NCBI GenBank assembly: GCA_965198365.1 | Contig: OZ240617.1 | Span: forward strand, 83,752-147,751 | Reading direction: 5' to 3' | DNA: 64,000 nt | Origin: Candidatus Aldehydirespiratoraceae bacterium | GTDB taxonomy: Bacteria > Actinomycetota > Acidimicrobiia > Acidimicrobiales > Aldehydirespiratoraceae | Part shown: piece after piece, positions 9,547 to 19,980 of the stretch | Position numbering within the stretch: the first letter of the stretch is position 1 | Layout of the letters: every line of letters begins with the position of its first letter | Translations under genes and position numbers: made by a program | Notes under the pieces: generated by a model | The model's input: only the letters and a program-made list of their open reading frames with translations | Told to the model about the DNA's origin: nothing | The model's database searches: none

Positions 9547-10893
9547 TCAGGAGTCGGTGGCCAGGAACGACTCAAGCGAGTCGTCCAGGGCTTCGACCCA
9601 GTCGGTGTGGTGTGTCGGCGCAACCGTGCCGGTCATCGGTGAGGCGTGACCGTTGTCGCGGTAGCCGATGATCGACTGTTTCTTGTGCCCCTTCCAGTCC
9701 TTGAACATTTTGGAGACCAGCGGGGTGTTGAAGTCCGGGTAGTCGCTCTGGTCAAGCAGGTCTTGGGTGTATGCGCCCTGGTAGTCGATGAGTCCGTAGT
9801 CGTCTTCGATGAGATCCTCGATCGCTTGTTCCTCAGCGATTGAGCGGGCTTGCTCCTCGGCCGAGGGCAACTCGATGCGTCCGAGGATGACATCGCGGGC
9901 GTACCAGGCTTGCACGTCGAACATGTTGAACGTGTACCACTGGTCCTGCATACCTAGATACATCACCCCGTTGTCGGGCTGGAAGACCACGCCGCGGTAC
10001 AGCATTGAAGAGGCCAGGCGGTTGGTGGTGGCGAGGCGCAGGTCGTCGTCCATGTACGGGAAGTGATGCAGGTAGCCGGTGCAGGAGACGATGGCGTCGA
10101 TTTCCGTTGACGTGCCGTCAACGAAATGCACGGTGCGCCCATCGACGTGGCTGAGGATCGGTTTTTCGGTGATGCCGTCGGGCCAGTCGAATCCCATCGG
10201 GCCGCTGCGTGACGAGCAAACCACCGAGCGCGCCCCGTATTTCCAGCATTGAGAAGCGATGTCCTCAGCTGAGTAGCTCGATCCGATAATCATCACGTTC
10301 TGGTCGGTGAACTGGACGGCGTCACGGAAGTCGTGCGCGTGCATCAGGGTGCCGCCGAAGGTGTCGTAGCCGGGGTATTGCGGCATGTTGGGCGTGGAGA
10401 AGTGCCCGCTGGCCACTACCACGTAGTCGAACTCTTCGGTGCTGGCCGTGTCGGTTTCGTGGCTGTGTACCCGTAGGACGAAACGGCCGGTTTCAGGTGA
10501 GCGGCTGACGCTGCGTACTGCCTGGTTGAAGCGGATGTATTTGCGGATGCCGCTGCGGTTGGCGCGGCCCACGATGTAGTCGTAGAGCACTTCTCGCGGC
10601 GGGAAGGAGCCGATGGGCCTGCCGAAGTGTTCTTCGAAGGTGTAGTCGGCGAATTCCAGGCATTCTTTGGGGCCGTTGGACCACAGGTAGCGGTACATGC
10701 TCCCGTGGCACGGCTCACCGTGTTCGTCTAGGCCGGTGCGCCAGGTGTAGTTCCAGAGCCCACCCCAGTCGCTTTGTTTTTCGTAGCAGACCAGTTCCGG
10801 CATTTCCGCGCCGTCGGCTGCTTTGGCGCTTGCAAATGCGTGTAACTGCGCTAGTCCGCATGGTCCAGCACCGATAATAGCTACCCGTGTCAT
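9547..10893 (-). CDS. tmm: Trimethylamine monooxygenase (bacterial FMO)
   Basis: MTRVAIIGAGPCG, EKQSDWGGLWNYTWRTG, HGSMYRYLWSNGPKE, FMO motif with HAHDFR, GSSYSAEDI; closely matches known Tmm sequences as I recall them. Confidence 0.88.
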   Translation of the reverse strand: MTRVAIIGAGPCGLAQLHAFASAKAADGAEMPELVCYEKQSDWGGLWNYTWRTGLDEHGEPCHGSMYRYLWSNGPKECLEFADYTFEEHFGRPIGSFPPREVLYDYIVGRANRSGIRKYIRFNQAVRSVSRSPETGRFVLRVHSHETDTASTEEFDYVVVASGHFSTPNMPQYPGYDTFGGTLMHAHDFRDAVQFTDQNVMIIGSSYSAEDIASQCWKYGARSVVCSSRSGPMGFDWPDGITEKPILSHVDGRTVHFVDGTSTEIDAIVSCTGYLHHFPYMDDDLRLATTNRLASSMLYRGVVFQPDNGVMYLGMQDQWYTFNMFDVQAWYARDVILGRIELPSAEEQARSIAEEQAIEDLIEDDYGLIDYQGAYTQDLLDQSDYPDFNTPLVSKMFKDWKGHKKQSIIGYRDNGHASPMTGTVAPTHHTDWVEALDDSLESFLATDS

Positions 10894-11077
10894 AGTCCAA
10901 ATCTCCCCTGTGGTTGGATCTACCTCTAACGAGAGTAAAAACTTAGCGCACTCGGAGGTCTCCTGCATAGGAAGACCAAAACAGTCTAAAAACAGGCTCT
11001 AAGCAAGCAATGGGGATTCCATCCTATTTACCCAAGTGGTGGGGTGCTCAGGGTAAATGCTGTAAATAGGCGGTTGG

Positions 11078-12103
11078 GTGGGCGGCTGGCCCGCGGGGGT
11101 GATACTTTTTCTTCGCGTCGTCCGTGTCGTGGTTCCAGCAGATTGCGAGTTCACCTTGAGTGTCCAAACGCCACCGCCGCTTCGGGTCCGCGGCGTGAGT
11201 GTGCAGTACGGCGATGTCTATGGCGTCCGCGATGTCGATGTAGATCTTGGAACCGGTGAGATCCTCGGGATCATCGGTCCCAACGGTGCCGGCAAGACGT
11301 CGCTGATCGAGTGCATCGAAGGGCTGCGAAAACGGTCAGCAGGCGAGATCAGTGTGCTTGGGCTCGACCCGGCCAGGTCCCGTACCAAGCTGGCCGCTCG
11401 TATCGGTGTGCAACTCCAGGACACGTCGTACCCGTCGCGAGCCAGGGTGCACGAGTTGTGCATGCTTTTTTCGAGCTTCTACGACTCCCCAACTCCCTTC
11501 GACGAGCTGTTGAGAGAGTTCGGGCTCAGTGACCAACGCAGGGCATACGTAGACAACCTGTCGGGCGGCCAACGCCAGAAGCTGTCCATCGTGTTGGCCT
11601 TGATCGGTAGGCCCGAGGTGCTGTTTCTCGACGAGCTGACCACGGGCCTCGATCCTGCGGCTCGCCGTTCCACATGGGACCTGCTACGAGCGCTGAACGA
11701 GGCCGGTACGTCAATCGTGCTGAGTTCCCACTACATGGACGAGATAGAAGTGCTTTGCGATCGTGTCATGTTGCTGCTCGACGGCACCGTTCGTGAGAGC
11801 GGGACCGTCACGCATTTCATCGATCAGTGCTCCGAATACCACCACTACACCCTGGACGAGGACGTCGCCGAGAGCCTCGATCCTGACATTCTTGTGGCGC
11901 TCGAGGCCATAGTGTCAGGTGAGCGGCAGGGTCGGCGGATCGTGCTGCGGGGATCGTATCCGGCCGGTAGCGAGGCGCTAGCCGACGCCCTGCGGGCCCA
12001 CGGGCGCGACCCTAGCCGTGTCCGCCACCGACCTCCGAATATGGATGACGCTTTCATCCACCTCACCGGCCGGTCGCCTGAGGAGGCCGGAGATGCTCGC
12101 TGA
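11078..12103 (+). CDS. ABC transporter ATP-binding protein (ABC-2 exporter); true start probably downstream
   Basis: Walker A GPNGAGKT, signature LSGGQ, Walker B LFLDE, SSHYM. Confidence 0.9.
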   Translation: MGGWPAGVILFLRVVRVVVPADCEFTLSVQTPPPLRVRGVSVQYGDVYGVRDVDVDLGTGEILGIIGPNGAGKTSLIECIEGLRKRSAGEISVLGLDPARSRTKLAARIGVQLQDTSYPSRARVHELCMLFSSFYDSPTPFDELLREFGLSDQRRAYVDNLSGGQRQKLSIVLALIGRPEVLFLDELTTGLDPAARRSTWDLLRALNEAGTSIVLSSHYMDEIEVLCDRVMLLLDGTVRESGTVTHFIDQCSEYHHYTLDEDVAESLDPDILVALEAIVSGERQGRRIVLRGSYPAGSEALADALRAHGRDPSRVRHRPPNMDDAFIHLTGRSPEEAGDAR

Positions 12104-12830
12104 GGCGGTCCGGTTCGAGTGGAGGAGAGTCTTGCGCTTCTTTCCCACCGTCTTCTTCTCGTTGGCATTCCCGGTGATGCTGCTGGCGCTCTTCGGTTCG
12201 ATCTTCGGCAACGACCCGAGCGACTTCTTCGACGGGTTGGGCACCGTTGATGTCAGCGTGCCCGCCTATATGGCACTGGTCATTGCGGTTACTGGGTTGA
12301 CGAGCTTCCCGTTGACCATGGCCGAGTACCGCGACAAAGGAGTGCTCCGCCGCCTTCTGGTGACCCCGGCCAGCCCGCTGACGCTGCTACTGGCCCAGTT
12401 GGTGGTGAACGTAATGCTCACCCTGATGGGTTTGGCTCTGCTGGTGTTGGAGGGAGCCCTTTTCTTCGATCTTCACATGGCGGACAACTGGGCTGCATTT
12501 GTTCCGGTAGTCCTTCTTGTGCTGGTCTCGACCTTCTCGATCGGATTCTTGATTGCATCGTGGGCACCGAATGAGCGCACCGCCACCATGGTCGCCATGC
12601 TGGTGTACTTCCCTCTGATCTTCCTGTCTGGGGCTACCTTGCCCATGGAACTGATGCCCGAGGTCCTCCAGAATGCAACCAAGGTGCTGCCATTGACATG
12701 GGGCGTCGACCTCCTGCAAGGCGCTTGGATCGAGGGCGCCGCCCCGAACTGGACGCTCGGAATCGCCATCCTGGCGGGAACCACCGTCGTGTGCTCGTCA
12801 CTGTCGGTCCGATTCTTCCGGTGGGACTGA
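12093..12830 (+). CDS. ABC-2 type permease
   Basis: Six hydrophobic segments, EYRDKGVLRRL, FLSGATLP; overlaps the ATPase stop. Confidence 0.88.
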   Translation: MLAEAVRFEWRRVLRFFPTVFFSLAFPVMLLALFGSIFGNDPSDFFDGLGTVDVSVPAYMALVIAVTGLTSFPLTMAEYRDKGVLRRLLVTPASPLTLLLAQLVVNVMLTLMGLALLVLEGALFFDLHMADNWAAFVPVVLLVLVSTFSIGFLIASWAPNERTATMVAMLVYFPLIFLSGATLPMELMPEVLQNATKVLPLTWGVDLLQGAWIEGAAPNWTLGIAILAGTTVVCSSLSVRFFRWD

Positions 12831-12837
12831 ACGCCGC

Positions 12838-12867
12838 CTTGGGAAAATAGGTATGTAATTCCCCAAG
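12838..12867. terminator. Probable hairpin terminator between convergent genes
   Basis: CTTGGGAA...TTCCCCAAG imperfect inverted repeat between the permease and sga stops. Confidence 0.4.
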
Positions 12868-12873
12868 CAATCT

Positions 12874-13968
12874 CTAGGTAAGCAGCTCGTCGAGGGCTGC
12901 GAGTAGCAGCGTGACGTTGCGGGGACGGGCCGTGTGACCCATGCAACCGATGCGCCAGCAGGTTCCGGCGAACGTTCCAAGACCCCCGCCGATTTCGATT
13001 CCGTAGCGGCTGAGGAGTTCTTTGCGGATATCGGCCTCGCTCACCGAATCCGGGAGCCGGGACTCGGGTACCCGCACGGAAGTGAGCTGGGGAAGGCGGT
13101 TGGAGGCTGGCGCTACCAGCTCGAAACCCCGGGCTTCGAGCCCGGCTTGCAGCAGGTCGCCGCATTTTTGGTGCCGGGCGTGCGACGCCTCAAGACCCTC
13201 TTCGAGAACCGCGCCGAGACCGGCATGGAGGGCGTAGATCATTGAGATGGGGGCGGTGTGGTGGTAGGCCCGGGCACCGCTACCTGTGACGTAGTTGGCG
13301 ATCATCTGTAGGTCGAAGTACCACGAGCGGGGCCGTTCGAGCATCCGTTCCAAAGCTCGGGTCGCGACGCTGAGCGGCGACAGGCCGGGCGGTACGCCGA
13401 GACATTTCTGGGTGCCGCTGTAGGCGATGTCTACTCCCCAATCGTCGAGGCGCACATCGATTCCAGCGAGCGATGTGACACAGTCCGCTAGCAGCAGCGC
13501 GTCACCTTTCGCAGCGCCCAACTCGGCGAGGTCATTGCGCACGCCTGTGGAGGTTTCTGCGTGGACGACCGCTATCAGCGTCGGGTTCGGGTGCGCGTCA
13601 AGGAGACGTTGCGGGTCGATGGGCGTGCCCCATTCGGCTTCGACGGGGACCACCGTGGCACCGCAGCGGGCGGCTACGTCACACATGCGTTGACCAAAAA
13701 CTCCGTTTACTCCCACCACCACGGTGTCGCCTTCGGAGACTACGTTCACGAACGCCGCTTCCATGCCTGCCGAACCGGTTCCTGATACGGGAAAGGTGAG
13801 GGCGTTGTCGGTGCGAAAGACTGTACGCAGGCGGTCACAAGTTTCGTCGAGCAGTGCAATGAAATCGCCGTCGAGATGGCCAAGTAGTGGACGCGTGAAG
13901 GCTTCGGTCACTTCGGGGTAGGGGTTGCAGGGACCCGGACCCATGAGAACTCGATCAGAAAAAGGCAT
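12874..13968 (-). CDS. sga: Serine/alanine-glyoxylate aminotransferase (class V PLP)
   Basis: LMGPGP, SGTGSAGMEA, VHAETSTG, DCVTSL, SGTQKCL (PLP lysine), HHT; divergent from mcl-mtkAB. Confidence 0.7.
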   Translation of the reverse strand: MPFSDRVLMGPGPCNPYPEVTEAFTRPLLGHLDGDFIALLDETCDRLRTVFRTDNALTFPVSGTGSAGMEAAFVNVVSEGDTVVVGVNGVFGQRMCDVAARCGATVVPVEAEWGTPIDPQRLLDAHPNPTLIAVVHAETSTGVRNDLAELGAAKGDALLLADCVTSLAGIDVRLDDWGVDIAYSGTQKCLGVPPGLSPLSVATRALERMLERPRSWYFDLQMIANYVTGSGARAYHHTAPISMIYALHAGLGAVLEEGLEASHARHQKCGDLLQAGLEARGFELVAPASNRLPQLTSVRVPESRLPDSVSEADIRKELLSRYGIEIGGGLGTFAGTCWRIGCMGHTARPRNVTLLLAALDELLT

Positions 13969-14101
13969 AAACCACCCTTAATATTAGTGGAACCATCCTT
14001 GAGAGTAGTGATAGTGTCGATAAATCTCGCCGAATTCCGCAGATATTTGCTTTTTGGCTACCAGAAACCGTCGCTCAAACCATCTACCGAATGGACTTAC
14101 G

Positions 14102-15040
14102 ATGAGCCATCATCAAATTGCCGAGGTGACCAGACGGCTGCATCGCAGCGAGTTGGCGGTGCCTGGCTCAAGCCCCGCTTTCTTCGAGAAAGCGGCAGCG
14201 AGCCGAGCCGACTACGTGTTCTTGGACCTTGAGGACGCAGTTGCACCCGATGACAAAGAAATGGCCCGCAGCAACGTGATCCAGGCGCTGGCTGACATCG
14301 ACTGGCGAGGATCCAACAAGACCATCTCGGTTCGGATCAACGGGCTCGACACCCACTACATGTACCGCGACGTGATCGACGTGGTCGAGCAGGCGGGCGC
14401 ACACGTCGACACGATTCTGATCCCCAAGGCGGGGGTGCCGGGCGACATCTACATGGTGGACGCTCTCGTCACCCAGATTGAACAGGGCATGGGCCTTACC
14501 CACCGGATCGGTTTGGAGGCGCTGGTTGAGACCGCTTTGGGCATGGCAAACGTTGAGGCTCTGGCCGCGGCAAGCCCGCGGCTTGAGGCGCTCCATTTTG
14601 GAGTGGCCGACTACGCGGCCTCGTGCCGGGCCCGGACGATCACAATCGGCGGCCTCAACCCTGATTATCCGGGTGACCAGTGGCACTCGGCGCTGTCACG
14701 GATGCTGGTGGCCTGCCGTGCCAATGGGCTGCGTGCCATCGACGGCCCGTTCGGTGATTTCGGCGATCCCGACGGCTTCACCGCCGGGGCCCGTAGGGCC
14801 GCGGCGCTCGGGTATGAAGGCAAATGGGCGATCCATCCTTCGCAGGTTGATCTGGCCAACGAGGTGTTCACGCCGCCGGCATCCGAGGTGGATCAGGCCC
14901 GGCGGGTGCTTGAGGCTCTGGAGGAGGCCGCCGCTGCGGGCCGCGGCGCAGCCCAGATCGACGGGCGAATGATTGATGCTGCGTCAGCGCGGATGGCTAG
15001 CAACGTGGTCGAGACCGCCGACGCCATAGAAGCCGGCTGA
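14102..15040 (+). CDS. mcl: Malyl-CoA lyase
   Basis: RLHRSELAVPGS, FLDLEDAVAPDDK, VRINGLDTHYMYRDV, GYEGKWAIHPSQ; upstream of malate thiokinase genes. Confidence 0.85.
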   Translation: MSHHQIAEVTRRLHRSELAVPGSSPAFFEKAAASRADYVFLDLEDAVAPDDKEMARSNVIQALADIDWRGSNKTISVRINGLDTHYMYRDVIDVVEQAGAHVDTILIPKAGVPGDIYMVDALVTQIEQGMGLTHRIGLEALVETALGMANVEALAAASPRLEALHFGVADYAASCRARTITIGGLNPDYPGDQWHSALSRMLVACRANGLRAIDGPFGDFGDPDGFTAGARRAAALGYEGKWAIHPSQVDLANEVFTPPASEVDQARRVLEALEEAAAAGRGAAQIDGRMIDAASARMASNVVETADAIEAG

Positions 15041-15109
15041 GGGAGCCGACGGGAGCCGAACAAAGATCGAAAGCAAAACCGCATTCGAGGAGTTTGAGGA
15101 GGGGACTTC

Positions 15110-16282
15110 ATGGAGATTCATGAGTATCAGGCCAAGGCCATACTCGCTGACTACGGCGTGGCTATACCCGATGGGGGGTTGGCATACAGCCCGGAGCAGG
15201 CTGCTTATCGTGCTTCGGAAATCGGCGGCGAACAGTGGGTGGTGAAAGCCCAGATCCACGCGGGGGCTCGGGGGAAGGCCGGCGGCATCAAGCTTTGTAG
15301 CCATGAGCGAGAAGTATGGGAGTCGGCCGACGAGTTGTTGGGCAAGCGCCTGGTGACACAACAGACCGGTGAACTTGGCAAGGGCGTTTACCGGCTCTAC
15401 GTGGAGGCAGCGGTGGCCAGCGAGAGCGAGATATACCTCGGTTTCGTACTCGACCGTTCTGCTGAGCGGGTGATGATTGTGGCTTCGGCGGCAGGCGGCA
15501 CCGACATTGAGGAGATCGTCGCCTCCGATCCCGACTCAATTGTGCGGATCAACGTCGAGCCGGCCGTCGGGCTGCAAGCGTTCGAGGCACGCGAGATCGC
15601 TTTCGCGGTTGGCCTCGACGCGAGCCTCGTGCCGCAGGCGGTCCAGTTGATGACAGCGTCCTATCGGGCCATCCTCGACCTCGACGCCACCATGTTGGAG
15701 ATCAACCCTTTGGCGGTTACCGCAGACGGGCGGCTATTGGCGCTCGACGCCAAGATGATCTTCGACGACAATGCCCTGTTCCGTCACCAGGATGTGTCGG
15801 AGTTGCGGGACAAGTCTCAGGAGGATCCGCGAGAGCGAACCGCCGTCGACCGGGGTCTCAGCTATGTGGGACTTGAGGGCGACATCGGCTGCATCATCAA
15901 CGGCGCGGGGCTGGCCATGGCCACGATGGACATGATCAAACATGCCGGCGGTGAGCCCGCCAACTTCCTCGACATCGGTGGGGGCGCCTCGCCCGAACGG
16001 GTGCTCAAAGCGTTTCGACTGGTGCTCTCCGACGACAACGTCAAGGCAGTGCTAGTGAACATCTTCGCTGGTATCAATCGCTGCGACTGGGTTGCTGAGG
16101 GTGTGGTGCAAGCCCTGCGTCAGCTTGAGGTACCGGTACCGGTAGTGGTGCGATTGTCTGGCACCAACGTCGAAGCGGGACGGCAAATCCTCAAAGAGGC
16201 CGATGTGCCGGTTATCACCGCGAAGTCACTGGCCGAGGCAGGTACGAAAGCCGTGGCGTCCGTCGCAGGGAGGGCAGCCTGA
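15110..16282 (+). CDS. mtkA: Malate-CoA ligase (malate thiokinase) beta subunit
   Basis: [31 protein letters not shown], and [16 protein letters not shown] (Mtk-type rather than SucC GGI.RCD); follows mcl. Confidence 0.8.
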   Translation: MEIHEYQAKAILADYGVAIPDGGLAYSPEQAAYRASEIGGEQWVVKAQIHAGARGKAGGIKLCSHEREVWESADELLGKRLVTQQTGELGKGVYRLYVEAAVASESEIYLGFVLDRSAERVMIVASAAGGTDIEEIVASDPDSIVRINVEPAVGLQAFEAREIAFAVGLDASLVPQAVQLMTASYRAILDLDATMLEINPLAVTADGRLLALDAKMIFDDNALFRHQDVSELRDKSQEDPRERTAVDRGLSYVGLEGDIGCIINGAGLAMATMDMIKHAGGEPANFLDIGGGASPERVLKAFRLVLSDDNVKAVLVNIFAGINRCDWVAEGVVQALRQLEVPVPVVVRLSGTNVEAGRQILKEADVPVITAKSLAEAGTKAVASVAGRAA

Positions 16283-17166
16283 TGAGCATCCTCCTCGACG
16301 CAACCACGCCCGTGATCGTGCAAGGCATCACCGGGCGCATCGCCACGTTCCATACCGCCGATATGGCCGAGTACGGCACCAATGTCGTGGGTGGCGTCAC
16401 CCCAGGCAAAGGCGGCACCAAACACTGTGGAATGGATGTGTTCGACACCATGAAGCAGGCAGTGTCCGCCACTGAGGCCACAGCCAGCATCGTTTTTGTG
16501 CCTCCTCCGTTCGCGGCCGACGCCATCATGGAAGCGGCCGACGCCGGGATCGAGAACTGTGTGTGTATAACCGAAGGCATCCCAGTGCAGGACATGATCA
16601 AGGTGAAGCGCTATTTGCGCCGCTACCTGCACGCCAAACGGATGTGCTTGATAGGCCCCAATTGTGCGGGCGTGATCAGTCCGGGCAAAGCGATGATGGG
16701 CATCATGCCTTCGCACATTTACGAGCGGGGTCCGGTTGGCATCGTCAGCAGGTCGGGAACGCTCGGCTACGAGGCGGCGTCGCAGCTCAAGGCGGTGGGT
16801 ATCGGGGTGAGCACCAGTGTCGGCATCGGTGGCGATCCCATCAACGGGAGTTCGTTTCTCGACCACTTGAAGCGCTTCGAGAACGACAACGAGACCGAAG
16901 CGGTAGTGATGATCGGCGAGATCGGAGGGCTGCAGGAGGCGCAGGCCGCGGTCTACGCCCGTGAGCACATGCACAAGCCGGTGGTGGGTTACATTGCCGG
17001 TCTCACCGCGCCCAAGGGGCGCACCATGGGCCATGCGGGTGCGATTGTTTCCACCGTTGGGGAATCGGCCGCTGAGAAGGTTGAGATCATGCGCGACTGT
17101 GGTGTAACGATCGTGAAGCTGCCGTCCGATTTCGGCACCGTCGTGCCCAAGGTCCTGCGTCGCTGA
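16282..17166 (+). CDS. mtkB: Malate-CoA ligase alpha subunit
   Basis: VQGITG, GGVTPGKGG, GPNCAG, SRSGTLGYE, MGHAGA (phospho-His); coupled to mtkA. Confidence 0.8.
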   Translation: MSILLDATTPVIVQGITGRIATFHTADMAEYGTNVVGGVTPGKGGTKHCGMDVFDTMKQAVSATEATASIVFVPPPFAADAIMEAADAGIENCVCITEGIPVQDMIKVKRYLRRYLHAKRMCLIGPNCAGVISPGKAMMGIMPSHIYERGPVGIVSRSGTLGYEAASQLKAVGIGVSTSVGIGGDPINGSSFLDHLKRFENDNETEAVVMIGEIGGLQEAQAAVYAREHMHKPVVGYIAGLTAPKGRTMGHAGAIVSTVGESAAEKVEIMRDCGVTIVKLPSDFGTVVPKVLRR

Positions 17167-17167
17167 G

Positions 17168-19528
17168 TTAGGGCGCGGGAACGTCGCGGACTCGGGATTT
17201 GGTGGGGTCGTAGAAGGGGAATTGAACGACGGTTGCGGGGATGCGTTTTTGGTGACCGTCGATCTTGCCGACTTCGACTTGCGTGCCGATCTCTGCAAAT
17301 TCGACGGCCATGCGACACAACGCCACGTTCTTGCGCAGAGTCGGAGAGATAGTGCCGCTGGTTATCGAGCCCACCTGCGCTCGGCCCACGTAGACACCGT
17401 CGTCGAGCGCTGCGGGTTCTCCTCCTTGAAGTTCCAGACCAACTAAACGGCGCTGTGGGTTGTCTCTACGTTTCAGCAGCGCTTCTCGTCCGATGAAGTC
17501 GTCTTCTTTGGTCTTGAGCGGGACGGTGAAGCCGATGCCTGCTTCGTACGGGTCAGTCTGGTCGCAGAACTCATAGCCGGCGAAGATCAGGCCCGCCTCG
17601 ATGCGCAGGATGTCGAGCGCTTCGAGACCCATCGGCACGAGGCCGTGCTCGGCGCCGGCAGCAAAGACCGCGTCCCAGAGGGCTGGGGCGTTTGACGGGT
17701 GACAGAAGATCTCAAAGCCGAGCTCTCCGGTGTAGCCGGTGCGCGAGACGAGCAGGGATATGCCGTTGTGGTCGCCGATGCGGGCGATGGCGAAGCGGAA
17801 CCATCCGAGTTCGCTGACGTTGGGCTGGTCAGGGCGTGTCCAGATGATCTTTTCGAGGATCTTGCGGCTGTTGGGGCCTTGGACTTGCAGGTTGTGGAGC
17901 TGGTCGGTGGAGTCCTTGACCCAGGCCCGCAGGCCGCGTTCTTGTGCTTGTTGGCGTATCCAGAGGCCGCTGATGTCGCTGCCGCCGATCCAACGGAAGT
18001 TCTCACGGCTCAGGCGGAAGACCGTGCCGTCGTCGATCATGCCGCCGGTTTCGTAGCACATGGCTGTGTAGACGACCTGGCCGTCGGAGAGCTTGCGGAT
18101 GTTGCGGGTGACGCAGGTCTGCATCAGCAGTTCGGCGTCGGGGCCTGCGACTTCGTATTTACGCAAGGGCGAGAGGTCGATGGCGGCGGCTGCTTGTCGG
18201 CAGGCCCAGTACTCTTCGGTGGCGCCGTGATCGCGGTAGGAGTTGGCGAGCCAGTAGCCGTTGTATTCGCTGAAGTTGCGGGTGACCGCAGCGGTGCGAG
18301 GGTGAAAGCCTGTGTCTTTGGTGAGTTCGGCTTCTGAGTCGGCGGTCATGCGGAATGCGGTCGCTTTCTTGAACATGTTGTTCGCGGGGTAGACGCGAAC
18401 TTGAATATCGGTTGGGTACCAGCCGTTGGCTGCGTCGATGTCACATGGGCAGGCCGTCGACACGCATACGAGATCTTCCAATGCTCGCAGCAGCACGTAG
18501 TCGCCAGGTCGTGACCAGGGTTCATCGAAGTAGATCTGGTTGTTGTCGTCGACGTGGGTGTTGTAGAAGAAGTTGATGGCTTCCCAGCCTCGCCGGGCCG
18601 CCACACCGTAGGGGGACCAGACGGTGTTGATGTTGTCGGTGCAGTTGATGTGGCCGGGGAATCCCATCTCTTCGTAGTAGCGGGAGTTGCAGGCGGTGTT
18701 GAAGGTGTCGTGTCGCCCGACGGTGTCTTGCAAAACTTCAACGAGGGGTTGCATATCGGCGTTGTAGAACTTGGAATACAGCCCGGGACCGGGGCAGGTG
18801 GAACCCATCAGGGTTCGGGTGATGGTGCCGTCGAGGCAGTTGGCTTTGCCTTGTTCAAGGTCGCTGACAGCGAAACATTGAAAGTCTGAGCATTGGCGGC
18901 CTTCTACGTCGACCACTTGGAAGTAGTCGCCTTTGCGGACTTCGTAGGCTTTCCCGGTTGAGGCTTGGACAGTGAAGTCGTTTGTTGGGTCCGCTAGTGG
19001 GGCGGGCAGATAGATTTCACCGGGTTCGGGCAGCGAGGCGCGGTAGATGTAGACAATGAGGTCGGTTGGCGGGTTCTGGTCTTGGGGGTTCATCGGCCCG
19101 CCGGGGGCGGCTACGACCACCGCTATTGATTGCACCGCCGTGAAACTGGCTTTGCTGTCCGCTGGTGAATCAGCTCCGAACACCAGAGCGGGTCGGGCTT
19201 GGCTGAGATCAATGCCTCGTCGTTCGAGTCCAGCTCGGACCCGTCGAGCGTCGGTGAGTGGGGCGGACAGAATCGTACGGGTTCCGTTGCCTGAGTTGGT
19301 GTCGGCTGCGCTAGCCCCTAGTAGACCCGGGTCGCTCACCCCGTCAGCATCGAAGGCACTCAGCTCGCATTGCTGGCGACCTTCGGGGTCGATGATTTCG
19401 ATTCGGTCTCCGGCGTTGAGCGCTAACGCGGTGGCTCCGCCACCGGTTACTCGATATCGCTCGGTGCCCGGGTCGAGTAGCCACAAGCCGGGCTCAAGCA
19501 CTCGTGGCAATACAGAACTAATGCTCAT
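17168..19528 (-). CDS. tdm: Trimethylamine N-oxide demethylase (DUF1989 domain plus GcvT-like domain)
   Basis: 786 aa with GRQCSDFQ, RHDTFNTACN, GHINCTDN, ACPCDIDAANGW (metal-binding Cys/His pattern of Tdm), then the aminomethyltransferase part DLSPLRK, RTGYTGELG, RIEAG. Confidence 0.85.
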   Translation of the reverse strand: MSISSVLPRVLEPGLWLLDPGTERYRVTGGGATALALNAGDRIEIIDPEGRQQCELSAFDADGVSDPGLLGASAADTNSGNGTRTILSAPLTDARRVRAGLERRGIDLSQARPALVFGADSPADSKASFTAVQSIAVVVAAPGGPMNPQDQNPPTDLIVYIYRASLPEPGEIYLPAPLADPTNDFTVQASTGKAYEVRKGDYFQVVDVEGRQCSDFQCFAVSDLEQGKANCLDGTITRTLMGSTCPGPGLYSKFYNADMQPLVEVLQDTVGRHDTFNTACNSRYYEEMGFPGHINCTDNINTVWSPYGVAARRGWEAINFFYNTHVDDNNQIYFDEPWSRPGDYVLLRALEDLVCVSTACPCDIDAANGWYPTDIQVRVYPANNMFKKATAFRMTADSEAELTKDTGFHPRTAAVTRNFSEYNGYWLANSYRDHGATEEYWACRQAAAAIDLSPLRKYEVAGPDAELLMQTCVTRNIRKLSDGQVVYTAMCYETGGMIDDGTVFRLSRENFRWIGGSDISGLWIRQQAQERGLRAWVKDSTDQLHNLQVQGPNSRKILEKIIWTRPDQPNVSELGWFRFAIARIGDHNGISLLVSRTGYTGELGFEIFCHPSNAPALWDAVFAAGAEHGLVPMGLEALDILRIEAGLIFAGYEFCDQTDPYEAGIGFTVPLKTKEDDFIGREALLKRRDNPQRRLVGLELQGGEPAALDDGVYVGRAQVGSITSGTISPTLRKNVALCRMAVEFAEIGTQVEVGKIDGHQKRIPATVVQFPFYDPTKSRVRDVPAP

Positions 19529-19889
19529 CTGAGGAGGGGGTGGAGGCGGATACGACAGAGAACAGGTCCCATAACATCAGGATTGCCGCAGCGAGCGCAG
19601 CGAGAGCCACAATCACTGGACCGATGCCGACGTCAGGGGGGCCGGTGTCGGAGAGGTTGAGGATGGCTCGCCCGCCGACCGCTGCGGCGAAGCCGGCACC
19701 GGTCCATGCCGGCCGGAACTTGACTTGAATCAAGACCAGGGTGATGAGCAGGGCAAGGAAGACGACTTTGCCGTCGTCAACGGCAAAGCCTGTTGATGTC
19801 TTAGCGCCGCCGGTCTCCCAGGGAAGGAGTAGGGAGACAACGGCGATCACTAAGCAGAGCCGGGCCAAATGTAGACGGGTGAGCCTCAC
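19518..19889 (-). CDS. Small integral membrane protein (about 4 TM), coupled to tdm
   Basis: Hydrophobic ORF (LLLPW, GIGP motifs) overlapping the tdm start; start trimmed to GTG 19889. Confidence 0.65.
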   Translation of the reverse strand: MRLTRLHLARLCLVIAVVSLLLPWETGGAKTSTGFAVDDGKVVFLALLITLVLIQVKFRPAWTGAGFAAAVGGRAILNLSDTGPPDVGIGPVIVALAALAAAILMLWDLFSVVSASTPSSDEH

Positions 19890-19916
19890 GATTGGCTTAG
19901 CTTGGGGTGAGGGGTT

Positions 19917-19951
19917 GTAGGGGGTACATAAACGTGAACTGTACCCCCTAC
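19917..19951. promoter_or_regulatory. Perfect 12-bp inverted repeat (terminator or operator)
   Basis: GTAGGGGGTACA-11 nt-TGTACCCCCTAC between the amt mini-operon and the tdm operon. Confidence 0.5.
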
Positions 19952-19980
19952 CCCTTCTGGTGTCAGGCGCCTTTCTGGTG

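Noticed and set aside
15110-17166. Housekeeping succinyl-CoA synthetase sucCD
   Set aside because: Mtk-type motifs and the position after malyl-CoA lyase favour malate thiokinase.
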